A stretch of 64,000 bases of DNA from Terriglobia bacterium (GCA_963695545.1 OY968796.1:1920001-1984000); one strand, 5' to 3'. Shown: positions 31,168-43,171, counted from the stretch's first letter. Notes: generated by a model not told the origin, from the sequence alone. Made by a program: numbers and translations.

Positions 31168-32730
31168 TCATCGCCCATTGATCCGCAAATCGCCGCCGGT
31201 CATTTCCGTCGGCTTCGGCACGCCGAGGACGCCGAGCAGCGTGGGCGCGATATCGCGCAAAGAGCCGCCGGGGCGCAGACCGGATGCGCCGTCGTCGGAG
31301 AGCAGCACGAACGGAACTGGATTCGTGGTGTGATAAGTGTGCGCGCCGCCGGTGACCGGATCGATCATGGTTTCGGCGTTGCCGTGATCGGCGGTGATGA
31401 TCCACGCGCCGCCGCGCGGCTTGAGCGATTGATAGATGCGGCCGAGGCCTTCGTCCACGGCTTCGACGGCTTTGATGGTGGGCTCGAGTTTACCGGAGTG
31501 GCCGACCATATCGGCGTTGGCATAATTCATGATGATGGCGTCGAAGTCGCCCTTTTCGATGGCTTTGATCACGGCGTCGGTGATGCCGGCGGCGCTCATC
31601 TCGGGTTTCAAATCGTAGGTGGCAACTTTCTGCGACGGCACGAGCACGCGTTCTTCGCCGGGAAACGGTTTTTCCACGCCGCCATTGAAAAAATATGTGA
31701 CGTGCGCGTATTTTTCGGTTTCGGCCACGCGCAAATTGCGGAACTCGAGGCCCGCGAAAACGTTCGCGAGAATCTGCTCGAGTTTTTCGGGGCTGAGCAC
31801 GTGTTGCAGCCAGGGCCACTTTTTGTCGTATTGCGTCATGCCCACGTAGAAGAGTTTGGTGGGACGCGCGGGGTCGGCGAAATCGTGGAAGTCCGGCTCG
31901 GCGAGCGCGCGCGTCATCTGGCGGGCGCGATCGGCGCGGAAATTGAAAAAAATCACGGCGTCTTCGTCGCGAATCGGGCCAACGGCGGGCGCCGCGGCTC
32001 CCGCGCCTTGCGTGATCACGACGGGCAGCGTGAATTCGTCGGTGGTGCCCTGCTCGTAGCTGCGCAGAATGGCCGCAATCGGATCGGGCGAACGCAGCTC
32101 CGATTCGCCGTGGGCCACGGCGCGATAGGCGCGCTCGACGCGCTCCCAGCGATTGTCGCGATCCATCGCATAATAACGGCCGGAGAGGCTGGCGATTCTG
32201 CCCAAGCCGTACTCGCGCAGCTTCTGCTGAATCTGGCGCAGATAATCGACGCCGCTATTTGGCGCGGTGTCGCGCCCATCCATGAAGCAATGAATGAAAA
32301 CGCGCTCGACTTTGTTTTCGCGCGCCATGCGCAGCAGCGCATAGAGATGATTCAAGTGCGAATGCACGCCGCCGTCGGAGACAAGACCCATGAGGTGCAA
32401 TTGCCGCTCGCGCCCGCGCGCCATGGCGCGCAACAGCAGATCATTCTGGTAGAAAGCGCCGGAAGCGATCATTTGATCGATGCGCGTGATGTCCATGTGC
32501 ACGATGCGCCCGGCGCCGATGTTCAGGTGACCGACTTCGCTATTTCCCATTTGGCCCTCGGGCAGGCCGACGGCGGGGCCCGAAGTTTGGATCAAGGTGT
32601 TGGGATATTGTTTCAGCAGGGAATCGTAAGTGGGCTTGCGCGCGAGAGCGATCGCGTTGCCTTTGATCGCCGGTGAGTAGCCCCAGCCATCGAGCACGGT
32701 CAACACAATCGGTTTCGGCCGCTTCGCCAT
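31168..32730 (-). CDS. gpmI: 2,3-bisphosphoglycerate-independent phosphoglycerate mutase
   Basis: [45 protein letters not shown] and ADHGN; start at MAKRPKP. Confidence 0.97.
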   Translation of the reverse strand: MAKRPKPIVLTVLDGWGYSPAIKGNAIALARKPTYDSLLKQYPNTLIQTSGPAVGLPEGQMGNSEVGHLNIGAGRIVHMDITRIDQMIASGAFYQNDLLLRAMARGRERQLHLMGLVSDGGVHSHLNHLYALLRMARENKVERVFIHCFMDGRDTAPNSGVDYLRQIQQKLREYGLGRIASLSGRYYAMDRDNRWERVERAYRAVAHGESELRSPDPIAAILRSYEQGTTDEFTLPVVITQGAGAAAPAVGPIRDEDAVIFFNFRADRARQMTRALAEPDFHDFADPARPTKLFYVGMTQYDKKWPWLQHVLSPEKLEQILANVFAGLEFRNLRVAETEKYAHVTYFFNGGVEKPFPGEERVLVPSQKVATYDLKPEMSAAGITDAVIKAIEKGDFDAIIMNYANADMVGHSGKLEPTIKAVEAVDEGLGRIYQSLKPRGGAWIITADHGNAETMIDPVTGGAHTYHTTNPVPFVLLSDDGASGLRPGGSLRDIAPTLLGVLGVPKPTEMTGGDLRINGR

Positions 32731-32879
32731 AGGATTCCAGAATACACAAACCCACCGCCAAAATGAAATTGTACCGGTGCGGTGGCCTGACGCAGAATCC
32801 GAGAGTTTGGCGGTAACGCGATGACTGTGCGGGACTTCTTTCTGTTCCGGCGCGTGAGCGGACGGACTGGGATTGAGGT

Positions 32880-33210
32880 GGGGGATACCCACCCCCGGTA
32901 TGTTTTGCGTAAGAGCGGCAGACAAAGGACTTGCAGGAAAAGAGTAACAAAGAGTGCGGAACAGATTGAGAACAATGGATTTGCGGGTGTTTATTTTCAA
33001 TGAAGTGCGCACTCTTTTGAGCGTGTGCGCATTAGTTTGAAAATAAAAGGGATATTGGGACCCGAGAAAACGGATGTGGAGGGATGCGGGGGCGGCGGCG
33101 AGGCGGGGAAAAGTCGAGGAGGGCAACAATTCGAATGCAGCGCGAGTGAACATTCAGAAGCATAGCATGAATTGAAACATGTGTCAACTACTGATTGAGT
33201 ATTCGAAATA
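32880..33210 (-). repeat. Dispersed intergenic element, copy B
   Basis: Collinear homology blocks with 6565-6919; internal inverted repeat at 32990-33047. Confidence 0.85.
33159..33187 (-). promoter_or_regulatory. Sigma70 promoter within element copy B, pointing into gpmI
   Basis: TTGACA-N17-TATGCT with extended -10 TG. Confidence 0.75.
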
Positions 33211-33219
33211 ACATGCGCG

Positions 33220-33681
33220 TTACGCGTCGACGATCTTGTGCGCGAGGCGGCCGAACATCGGATATGCCGACCATTTGCCGTGGTAGGCCTTGATGGAATA
33301 CACGATCGCCAGGATAAGGTTGCCGAACCAGCCGATCATGAAGACCAGCCAGAGCGCGCCAAATCCCAGGAAGAATGCCAGAGGAGGAGCGTTGTTCGAC
33401 GCGGCGTTCGGATGCTGATGAATGAGTGTGGCGAACATCGTGGCGAACATGACCATCATCCCGAGCATGATAATCACGAGATATGCGGCCTGCCAGAGAA
33501 GCGCCTGCATGGCGTGAAACGCGACGAAACGCGAATTGCGTTTGACGAGATAAATTACCAGCGGCGGTACGAAGCCCGCGAAAAACTGGAGCAAATGGGC
33601 CAGCATGGCGAAGTTGCGTTCGTCTTGTGTGGGTTCGGCGCCGGCGGACTGCACGCTTGAATGATCCGGTGTCTGGCTCAT
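33220..33681 (-). CDS. DUF4870 family membrane protein
   Basis: ERNFAMLAHL, PLVIYL, FVAFHAMQAL and YPMFG. Confidence 0.85.
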   Translation of the reverse strand: MSQTPDHSSVQSAGAEPTQDERNFAMLAHLLQFFAGFVPPLVIYLVKRNSRFVAFHAMQALLWQAAYLVIIMLGMMVMFATMFATLIHQHPNAASNNAPPLAFFLGFGALWLVFMIGWFGNLILAIVYSIKAYHGKWSAYPMFGRLAHKIVDA

Positions 33682-33769
33682 CGCCGCCTCCGCTTAAATC
33701 GCCACCTCGAGATTCGGGCGGAGTCTATCACGCCGACCGCGCGGCGGCCGCGTGCGCGGGATCGCGTGA

Positions 33770-35077
<1,308 letters not shown>

Positions 35078-35208
35078 TCACCCCTTCCGCGAACTGAATA
35101 AATTGTTCAGGAATGCAGCAGAAAGTTTAGCGTCTCTCGCCGTCCGGGGAAAGCGCGATTACGGAAAGATTCGGGCCGCGAATAATTTGAGGCGGAAATC
35201 GCCGAAGG

Positions 35209-36441
35209 CTACTCGGGTTCCTCGAGCATGGATTCATCGCGGATCACCACGACCACGCCGCTTTCGGTGACGTGATATTTCTTGCGGTCTTCTTCGGCGT
35301 CGTAGCCGATCACGGTGCGCTCGGGGAGATTCACGTGGCGATCCACGATGGCGTTGCGGATTTTCGAGTGCCGTCCGATATTCACGTGATTGAAGACGAT
35401 CGAGTTTTCAACTTCGCTGTAACTATTGATGCGCACGTCGTACCCAAGCACCGATCCCTTCACGCGCCCGCCGGAAATGATGCTGCCCGGGGCAACGATC
35501 GAGTCCAGAGCCACGCCCATGCGCTCCGGATCGGCGAACACGAATTTCACGGGCGGATATTGCTGCTGCCAGGTGCGCAGCGGCCAGCTTTTGTCGTACA
35601 AATTGAACACCGGCGAGACGCTGATCAAATCCATGTTCGCCGCGTAATAGGCGTCGAGCGTGCCAACGTCGCGCCAGTAATGCTCGTGCGGCTTGTTCTC
35701 GTCCTCGAAATTGTAGGCGTACACGCGATACTTCGAGAGGATGCGCGGCAGAATATCCTTGCCGAAATCGTGCGTGGAGCCGGGCTGTTCGGCGTCGGCG
35801 ATCAGCGTGGGCAGCAGGAATTGCGTGTTGAAAATGTAGATGCCCATCGACGCGTTCACTTTCGCGGGATTGTGCCGCGAACGCTTGGGCTGCGCGGGCT
35901 TTTCCTGGAAGCCGACCACGCGCCAGTGCGCGTCGGTCTCGATCACGCCGAAGCGGCCGGCCGCTTCTTCCGGATCGATTTCAAACGTGCCCACCGTGCA
36001 ATCGGCGCCGGCGTCGACGTGCTGCTGAAGCATTTTTCCGTAGTTCATTTTGTAAATGTGATCGCCGGAAAGCACGATGATGTAAGTGGAGCGATCGCTG
36101 CCGATGGAATAAATATTCTGATAGATCGCGTCAGCCGTTCCCAAATACCAATTCGCGGAGACGCGCATCTGCGGCGTGAGGATCTCGATGAAATCGCCGA
36201 GGCCCACGATGCCGGTCCATCCGCGGCGGATATGGCGATTCAGACTGAGCGCTTTATATTGGGTGAGAACGTAAACGCGGCGCAGATCGCTGTTGATGCA
36301 GTTGGAAAGCGTGATGTCGACGATGCGATAAATTCCGCCGAAGGGCACGGCGGGCTTGGCGCGGTCGCGCGTCAATGGCCATAGCCGCTCGCCCTGGCCG
36401 CCGGCCAGGATGATCCCAATGGCGTCACGCATCAGCGACAT
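35209..36441 (-). CDS. glgC: Glucose-1-phosphate adenylyltransferase
   Basis: LAGGQGERL.PLT..RAKPAVPFGG, GTADA, GDHIYKM, DFGKD and YWRDVGT. Confidence 0.96.
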   Translation of the reverse strand: MSLMRDAIGIILAGGQGERLWPLTRDRAKPAVPFGGIYRIVDITLSNCINSDLRRVYVLTQYKALSLNRHIRRGWTGIVGLGDFIEILTPQMRVSANWYLGTADAIYQNIYSIGSDRSTYIIVLSGDHIYKMNYGKMLQQHVDAGADCTVGTFEIDPEEAAGRFGVIETDAHWRVVGFQEKPAQPKRSRHNPAKVNASMGIYIFNTQFLLPTLIADAEQPGSTHDFGKDILPRILSKYRVYAYNFEDENKPHEHYWRDVGTLDAYYAANMDLISVSPVFNLYDKSWPLRTWQQQYPPVKFVFADPERMGVALDSIVAPGSIISGGRVKGSVLGYDVRINSYSEVENSIVFNHVNIGRHSKIRNAIVDRHVNLPERTVIGYDAEEDRKKYHVTESGVVVVIRDESMLEEPE

Positions 36442-36601
36442 GGCCGTACCTCAGCGCCGCGCGCCCGCGGCGTAGGATCCCAAGCAGCACACATTCTAGT
36501 TCGGTCGTCGGCGCTTTGCGAGCGCCTTTCCGCGCGAACTTCCCACGCCGCCGGGCCGATTCATGCTATGAATTCATCGCCATGCGAACGGGGCTGCAAT
36601 T

Positions 36602-38224
36602 TTGAATCGGCGAGAATTCATCGCAAGAGGCGGTCTGCTTGCGAGCGCGGCGCTGCCGATGCTGTCGCGGGCTTCGCGCGCGCGAGAGAAATTTGCGGCC
36701 GCGGCCGCGGCCGATTCATCGCTGGCGCCAGCGGAATCGCGAATCTCATTCGAGACAACCGATTCGCTGCTGGCGAATGCTTATCGCCACGCGCTCAGTG
36801 TTCTGGCCGCGAATGTGATGGTGCTGCCGTACTACTCTCGCCCCGTGCTGATCGAAGGCGGCGTGTATCAGCGGCTTTCCGGCGAAGGCGGTCCGCACGA
36901 AGGCCTGATTTACAGCTCGATTCGCGCTGACGTGGCGCGCAACAATCAAATGGCTTTTTTCGCGCTGCAGCGCGAAGACGGACTCATCCCGCACGCCATG
37001 AAATCCGATGAGATCGGCTGGCGGCATCTTCAACTCGCCGTGCCGCTGGTGGCCACGGCCTGGGAGCTTTCGCGGCAAACCGGCGATAGCGAACTTTTGG
37101 AGACGGCTTACAACGGTTGGAGCCGCTTCGATGCCTGGCTGCGTCGCTATCGAGACACGCTGCACACCGGACTGTGCGAAGGTTTCTGCACGTTCGACAC
37201 GGGGCAGGACAACAGTCCGCGCTGGGCAGGAATTCCAAATAGTTGCCCGGATGACGACGCGCGCAAGTGCCCGCCGCTCGCGTCGCTGCCGCGGCTGTGT
37301 CCCGATATGTCGGCCACGGTTTACGGCGGGCGCGTGGCGCTTGCGGCGATGGCTCGCGCGCTAGGCAAGTCCGGCGAGGCCGATCGCTGGCTTGCGGATG
37401 CCGACGCCATCCGCGCCGCTATCTTGAATCGACTCTACTCGGCTGACGACGCGGCTTTTTACGATGTCGACGCACAAAATCAATTCGTGCGCGTTCGTGG
37501 CGAGGTGATCCCGCGCGTTCTAGGCGAACACGTGGTAGACGCGAAACTCTTCGCCACGATCTACGATCGCCAGATTCACAATCCGGCGGCGTTCTGGGCG
37601 CCTTATCCCTTGCCCTCGATCGCGCTCGACGATCCGAAATTTGTGCGCCCGATTCCCGCCAATTCCTGGGGCGGAGCCTCGCAAGCCCTAACGGCCTTGC
37701 GCGCCACGCGCTGGATGGAGCACTACGGCAAGGCGGCCGATTTCGCTCAACTCATGCAGCAATGGGTCACCGCGATTTGCCGCGCGGGCGATTTCTATCA
37801 GCAGATCGATCCACTCAGCGGCGTCTCCACGCGGGATCCCGGGAAATATTCACCAGCGGCGCTGGTGCTCTTCGATTTCACGTGGCGCCTGGCGGGCGTT
37901 CGCCGCGTGGAAGATAATTTGGAGTGGAATGTTCGTCCGCCCGCGGCCCCGACGAGCGCGAGTTACAAACTGCAAGTAACGCCCACGCGAATCGCCGAGT
38001 TGCGCTACGCCTCAGGCGCGGCAGAACTTTCCATCAATGGGAAGCTTTTGTGCCGCACCAGCAGCACTGTTCGCTTGCTCACTGATCTCGATGGAAATAT
38101 TCACGCCGCGACGGGCATCGCGCCGGAAGTAACGAACGTGGAAATCCGCTGCTTCGCGAGTCACGCTCAAAGATTTTCAGTCGAGCCGAACGCAAGGATC
38201 GAATTGCCGGCGCCGCGGTCCTGA
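36602..38224 (+). CDS. Tat-exported (alpha/alpha)6 glycoside hydrolase (GH63/MGH1-like)
   Basis: NRREFI twin-arginine signal, DTGQDNSPRW, YPLPSIA and NSWGG. Confidence 0.7.
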   Translation: MNRREFIARGGLLASAALPMLSRASRAREKFAAAAAADSSLAPAESRISFETTDSLLANAYRHALSVLAANVMVLPYYSRPVLIEGGVYQRLSGEGGPHEGLIYSSIRADVARNNQMAFFALQREDGLIPHAMKSDEIGWRHLQLAVPLVATAWELSRQTGDSELLETAYNGWSRFDAWLRRYRDTLHTGLCEGFCTFDTGQDNSPRWAGIPNSCPDDDARKCPPLASLPRLCPDMSATVYGGRVALAAMARALGKSGEADRWLADADAIRAAILNRLYSADDAAFYDVDAQNQFVRVRGEVIPRVLGEHVVDAKLFATIYDRQIHNPAAFWAPYPLPSIALDDPKFVRPIPANSWGGASQALTALRATRWMEHYGKAADFAQLMQQWVTAICRAGDFYQQIDPLSGVSTRDPGKYSPAALVLFDFTWRLAGVRRVEDNLEWNVRPPAAPTSASYKLQVTPTRIAELRYASGAAELSINGKLLCRTSSTVRLLTDLDGNIHAATGIAPEVTNVEIRCFASHAQRFSVEPNARIELPAPRS

Positions 38225-38270
38225 TCCACGCAACGGAACTTCAGCGATTTCGCAACGGACAAGGCGAATG

Positions 38271-40424
38271 CTAATTCGCGCCGGTGTCTCCGGCCAGGCC
38301 GCGATCCTCGAGCATCGGCTGAATGCTCGGCTTCGCGCCCAGCCACTTCTCGTAAATTGTTTCAAGGTCCGCGGTGTTGCCTCGCGAAAGCACCATGCTG
38401 CGGAAACGATCGCCGTTGGCGCGCGTCAAGCCGCCGTTATCCTCGAACCATTTGTAAGCGTTATCGTCCAGCATCTCGCTCCACAGATACGCGTAGTAAC
38501 CCGCATCGTACCCCTCGGCCCAAATGTGCAGAAAATAGCTCGAGCGATAACGCGGCGGCACCGTGGCGATTGCTAGATGCGTGTTCTCCAGTGCCTGTTT
38601 TTCAAACGCGTCTGGATCTTCCAGAGGCGCGCTGGCGGGCAGCGTATGCCACTGCATATCAAGTTCCGCCGCGGCCAGCAATTCCGTCAGCATATATCCC
38701 TGATTGAAAGTTTTCGATTTCTTGATCTTGGCCACCAGTTCCGGTGGCATCGGCGCGCCTGTCTGATAATGCGTCGCATAGTGACTGAATACAGCCGGAT
38801 CGCTCGCCCAGTGCTCGTTAAATTGTGAAGGGAATTCGACGAAGTCGCGCGGCACATTCGTGCCAGCGAGGCTGGGGTATTCCGTGTCGCCGAACATGCC
38901 ATGCAACGCGTGGCCGAACTCGTGGAACATGGTGGTCACGTCGTCGAAGCTGACGAGAGCGGGCTGGCCGGCGACGGGCTTGCTGAAATTAGCGACGTTG
39001 TAGATCACCGGCAGCATCCCCAACAGCTTCGACGGGCTGACGAAGAAATCCATCCACGCGCCGCCGTTTTTGTTGTCGCGCCGGAAATAATCGCAATACC
39101 ACAGCGCCAGCGGCTTGCCGTCCGCGTCGGTAATCTCAAACACGCGCACGTCCGGGTCGTAGACCGGGATGTCGTGCCTTTCTTTGAACGTCAAGCCGTA
39201 TAGTTGATACGCCGCGTAGAACACGCCGTTCTGCAGCACGTTGTTCAACTCGAAGTAGGGTTTCACCTGCGCGTCGTCCAAATCGTATTTCGCCTTGCGC
39301 ACTTGCTCGGAATAAAAATTCCAATCCCACGGCTGCAATTGGAAGCCGCCGCCCTGCGTATCGATCAGCGCTTGAATTTCCTTGGCTTCGCTGGCCGCGT
39401 TGGCCGTGGAGGCCGGCACCAGCGCATCCATGAACTTCAGCACCGCGTCCGGCGTCTTGGCCATTTGATCCTGCAGATCCCACGCCGCGAAGTTCGGAAA
39501 CCCGAGCAGTTGCGCTTTCTGGGCGCGAAGCTGGGCCAGCCTCGCGATCGTCGAGCGCGTGTCGTTCGCGTCGCCGTGCTCCGTGCGATTCCATGAATCT
39601 TCAAAAAGCTTTTGCCGCGTGTCGCGATCGCCCAGAAAAGTCAGATCCGGCTGCTGCGTGGTATTTTGCAGCGAAATCAGATAGCCGGTTTGCTTATGGT
39701 CCGTCGCGGCTTGCGCCGCGGCCGCGATCTGCGCGTCGCTCAATCCCGCCAGAGCGCTCTTGTCGCTGGTCTCAAACGCCGCCGCGCCGGTTGCCGCGAG
39801 CAATTTTTCCATGAACGCGTTCGAGAGCGTCGATTCCTCTTCGTCCAGCTTTTCGAGCTTGGCCTTGTCGGCGTCTGAAAGATTTGCCCCGGCCTTCACG
39901 AATTCCAGGTAGTCGAACTCCACCAGGCGCAGCGACTCAGGATCGAGATTGAGCGAAGCGCGCTCGTCGTAGATCGCTTTTACGCGCGCGAATAATTTTG
40001 CGTTCAGAAAGATCGCATCCTGCAGGGCCGCCAGCTTCGGCGCCTCGATATCCTGCACCTTTTGCAGCGCCGGATCCGTGTTCGCGCCGGTGACGCCGTT
40101 GAACACCAGTTGCACGCGATTCAGCAGTTGCCCGGTCTTCTCGAACGCCACAATGGTGTTCTCGAACGTTGGCGCGGCTGGATCGTCCGCAATCGCCTGC
40201 ACCTCCTTCAGTTGCTGCGTCATGCCCGCTTCCATCGCCGGCTGATAATCCGCGTCCTTGATCTTGTCGAATGGCGGCGCGTGAAATGGCAACGCGCTCG
40301 GCGCGTAAAACGGATTCGACGGACCGAAGGCCTCTTGCGCGTTCGCAATGCACGCCACTCCGGCGCCAAGCGCAATCGCACATGCAATCGAAGCAATTCG
40401 CATACCCAGCATCGTGATCTTCAT
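38271..40424 (-). CDS. dcp: M3 family peptidyl-dipeptidase Dcp (exported)
   Basis: HEFGHALH, RDFVEFPSQFNE, GGAWM and YDAGYYAYLWSE; signal peptide. Confidence 0.92.
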   Translation of the reverse strand: MKITMLGMRIASIACAIALGAGVACIANAQEAFGPSNPFYAPSALPFHAPPFDKIKDADYQPAMEAGMTQQLKEVQAIADDPAAPTFENTIVAFEKTGQLLNRVQLVFNGVTGANTDPALQKVQDIEAPKLAALQDAIFLNAKLFARVKAIYDERASLNLDPESLRLVEFDYLEFVKAGANLSDADKAKLEKLDEEESTLSNAFMEKLLAATGAAAFETSDKSALAGLSDAQIAAAAQAATDHKQTGYLISLQNTTQQPDLTFLGDRDTRQKLFEDSWNRTEHGDANDTRSTIARLAQLRAQKAQLLGFPNFAAWDLQDQMAKTPDAVLKFMDALVPASTANAASEAKEIQALIDTQGGGFQLQPWDWNFYSEQVRKAKYDLDDAQVKPYFELNNVLQNGVFYAAYQLYGLTFKERHDIPVYDPDVRVFEITDADGKPLALWYCDYFRRDNKNGGAWMDFFVSPSKLLGMLPVIYNVANFSKPVAGQPALVSFDDVTTMFHEFGHALHGMFGDTEYPSLAGTNVPRDFVEFPSQFNEHWASDPAVFSHYATHYQTGAPMPPELVAKIKKSKTFNQGYMLTELLAAAELDMQWHTLPASAPLEDPDAFEKQALENTHLAIATVPPRYRSSYFLHIWAEGYDAGYYAYLWSEMLDDNAYKWFEDNGGLTRANGDRFRSMVLSRGNTADLETIYEKWLGAKPSIQPMLEDRGLAGDTGAN

Positions 40425-40452
40425 CGTTTTCGTCCTTCCGCGTCGCTCGAGT

Positions 40453-41550
40453 TCAATCTTCAAACGGTTTCCTCGCCGGAGATTCCGCCGGCGCCGCTCG
40501 CAAGTATTGGACGGGCCAGCTCATCGATTGTTTCAATTCGCGTGCCGCCCGCAGCACCCAATATGGATCGCGCAAAAATTCCCGCGCCATGAAAACCAGA
40601 TCGGCGTGATCCTTCGCCAGAATCTCCGCGACCTGCTCTTTCGTCTCAATCAATCCCACCGTGCCGGTCTTCACTCCCGCGTCGCGCCGAATCCGCGCGG
40701 CAAAGGGAACCTGAAATCCCGGTCCTGCGACGACCTCCTGATCCTGCACAAGCCCCGCTGATGAGCAATCGACTAGATCCACGCCCAGCGGCGCAAGTTG
40801 CTTCGCCAGTTCCACGGCTTGATCGAGATCCCATCCGCCTTTCTTCCAATCCGTCGCGGAAATGCGAATGAAGAGCGGCAGGCTCTCCGGTATCACCGCG
40901 CGAATCGCGGCTACCACCTCGTACGCGATACGCGTGCGGTTCTCGAACGAGCCGCCATACTCGTCCTTCCGGAAATTGCTGAGCGGCGAAAAAAATTCGT
41001 GCAGCAGATAGCCGTGCGCGGCGTGAATTTCAATCACGCGAAATCCCGCTTCAAGCGCCCGCTGCGCCGCCTGCGCGAACGCCGCCACGACGCCGCGAAT
41101 CCCTTCGATCGTAAGCGCCTGCGGCATCGGGTAGTCATCCGAGTACGCAACAGCGCTCGGCGCCACCGGCACCCAGCCGCCTTCGCTCACCGGAATCGCG
41201 CCGTAGCCCAACCACGGCGTGCGCGTGCTGCCCTTGCGCCCCGCATGCGCCAGTTGCATTCCCGGCACCGCTCCCTGGCTTTTCAGAAATCGCACGATGC
41301 GCGCCAGAAATTCAATGTGCGCATCCTTCCAGATTCCCAAATCCTCCGGACTGATCCGCCCCTCCGGCGTCACCGCGGTCGCTTCGGTAAATACCAGGCC
41401 CGCCCCTCCCACCGCCCGGCTCCCCAAATGCACCAGGTGCCATTCGTTGGCAAACCCGTCGATGCTCGAGTATTCGCACATCGGCGACACAACCACGCGG
41501 TTCGCCAAAGTGATCCCGCGAATCGTAACTGGCTCGAATATTTGCGCCAT
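40453..41550 (-). CDS. NADH:flavin oxidoreductase (Old Yellow Enzyme, YqjM/NamA-like)
   Basis: NRVVVSPMCEYS, QLAHAGRK, HAAHGYLLHEF and YGGSFENR. Confidence 0.92.
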   Translation of the reverse strand: MAQIFEPVTIRGITLANRVVVSPMCEYSSIDGFANEWHLVHLGSRAVGGAGLVFTEATAVTPEGRISPEDLGIWKDAHIEFLARIVRFLKSQGAVPGMQLAHAGRKGSTRTPWLGYGAIPVSEGGWVPVAPSAVAYSDDYPMPQALTIEGIRGVVAAFAQAAQRALEAGFRVIEIHAAHGYLLHEFFSPLSNFRKDEYGGSFENRTRIAYEVVAAIRAVIPESLPLFIRISATDWKKGGWDLDQAVELAKQLAPLGVDLVDCSSAGLVQDQEVVAGPGFQVPFAARIRRDAGVKTGTVGLIETKEQVAEILAKDHADLVFMAREFLRDPYWVLRAARELKQSMSWPVQYLRAAPAESPARKPFED

Positions 41551-41625
41551 GTTTTCCCTTTTCAGATTTGCGCGATTAGGCGCCGGCTGCGGCATTACGA
41601 GGACCTTCAGCCTCGCCGAAACATC

Positions 41626-42261
41626 TCACTTCGGTGGAGTCGCCTCGTCGATCTCACGCACAATCTCTTTCGCGCGCGATGCGTCGCTCGGAATAACGAA
41701 GATTCTTCGCAAGCCGCCATCCGCGCCGTCCGTGCGAGCACGAATATTGTTCTCGCGCAAAGACGACTCAACCATCGAGGCCTGATTTTCGCTCTTCCCG
41801 GACCAGATTTCCGCCGTGGCGTCTTCAGGAAACCAATCCTTCGAGTCCCACTCGTCGTCGGATTCCGCGGGAGCCGGCTCATCATCCTCGGCCGGCAATT
41901 CCATCACCGACGAATCCACGTTTTCGTCGAAAGGATCCAAGCGATCTTTGTAAATGATTTCCCTGGCTCGATCGTAGGAAACCGCCGGCACGCCGATCTC
42001 AAAGTATTGACCCAGTCCGGTTAGAAATTCCCGTCCTCGCTCATTCACTCGAAAGGGAATCCCAGCGTCCTTGAGCTGCGCACAAACCGCGGCGAACTCT
42101 TCTTGATCTTGGCCGCCCCAAACGCCACGGAGGTCCGCATCGGATAAAGATCCAGCGGATTCGGCGCCGGGTGCCGGCAAGCTGTCCACTAAATCCACGC
42201 CGCAATCCGAGCAGTGCGTGACACCGTCCACATACTCGGCTTTGCATTGCGGACAAATCAT
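41626..42261 (-). CDS. Zinc-ribbon plus DUF2007-like domain protein
   Basis: CPQC..EY...CSDC N-terminus; two 'L..AGI/NI' DUF2007-like repeats. Confidence 0.7.
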   Translation of the reverse strand: MICPQCKAEYVDGVTHCSDCGVDLVDSLPAPGAESAGSLSDADLRGVWGGQDQEEFAAVCAQLKDAGIPFRVNERGREFLTGLGQYFEIGVPAVSYDRAREIIYKDRLDPFDENVDSSVMELPAEDDEPAPAESDDEWDSKDWFPEDATAEIWSGKSENQASMVESSLRENNIRARTDGADGGLRRIFVIPSDASRAKEIVREIDEATPPK

Positions 42262-42371
42262 CAGGCGTTCGACGTTATCATTCCGCGGTAATCACGGCAA
42301 TCCTTTCCGAATCCTCCGCGGGCGACAAGTCTCTAGTGTCCGCCCTCGGTATCGAACCAATTTCCACAGGC

Positions 42372-42637
42372 TATTCGAATAACCGAAGCATTATCATTGA
42401 CATACACGGAAAAAGAGTGCTAAGATCTTGCGTGAGCTGCAAACGCATTCCCGCGCCCGACAAGTCGCTTGATGCCAACGCCGCCGTCGGTCCTTTTCTC
42501 GCCCATAACCCGTGTGGAATGAGCAGTTCTGAAAAATCGCATTTTAACCCCTTTAGAACGAGCACTTCTGGCGCAAAGGACTTAAAGTCCTTTAGAATGA
42601 GCAGTTCCAAAAAACACCCGGGGGTAGGGGGGTACCC
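42372..42637 (+). repeat. Dispersed intergenic element, copy C (divergent), with 3x39-bp tandem repeat
   Basis: TATTCGAATA palindrome, TTGACA-N18-TAAGAT, units starting 42507/42546/42585, terminal CACCCGGGGGTAGGGGGGTACCC. Confidence 0.75.
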
Positions 42638-42973
42638 GTGCCTCCATTCATCGATTTCTTCGATCGTTGGCGAGCCCGCGGATTTCGCAACCCCGCCGAA
42701 ATACCTCCCGCCTTTATCCGAATGTCTCTGCCCTGGGCGTGCGCTCGCCGCGGCCCGTGGCACGGGGTCGCGGGCTCGCAAGGGGCCGACTTTCACAGTC
42801 CACCCGCTGCGCAAAACATTGCTTGACTTGCAGGGGCACGCTTCTATAGAAGGAGGTACCATTAGGTCCTAATTCATAGCCATTTCTCATTTAAGACGTG
42901 CTTCGGGAAAAGTGCGGCACGTCCGTGCAAAATACGAGATCGACTTTAGAGCCGAAAGGGCGGTGATATTCGA

Positions 42974-43171
42974 GTGGCTGAAGTAAGCATTCAAGAAGGC
43001 GAATCCCTGGAGAACGCGCTGCGCCGTTTCAAACGCCGCGTGCAACAGGAAGACGTCATCAAGGAAATCAAGAAGCACAGTTACTACATGAAGCCCGGTG
43101 AAAAGCGCCGGGCCAAGCAGGCGCTGTCGCGCAAGCGGCTTCGCAAAAAGCAGCGCCGCGAACAGGATTAA
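42974..43171 (+). CDS. rpsU: 30S ribosomal protein S21
   Basis: GESLENALRRFKR and YYMKPGEKRR. Confidence 0.95.
   Translation: MAEVSIQEGESLENALRRFKRRVQQEDVIKEIKKHSYYMKPGEKRRAKQALSRKRLRKKQRREQD

Noticed and set aside
32731..33153. N-terminal extension as part of GpmI
   Set aside because: GpmI homology starts at MAKRPKP (32730); the extension spans the repeat element, so it is reported only as a hypothesis
42507..42623. CRISPR array
   Set aside because: Only three degenerate units with 17-nt linkers and no cas genes; kept as an unexplained repeat instead
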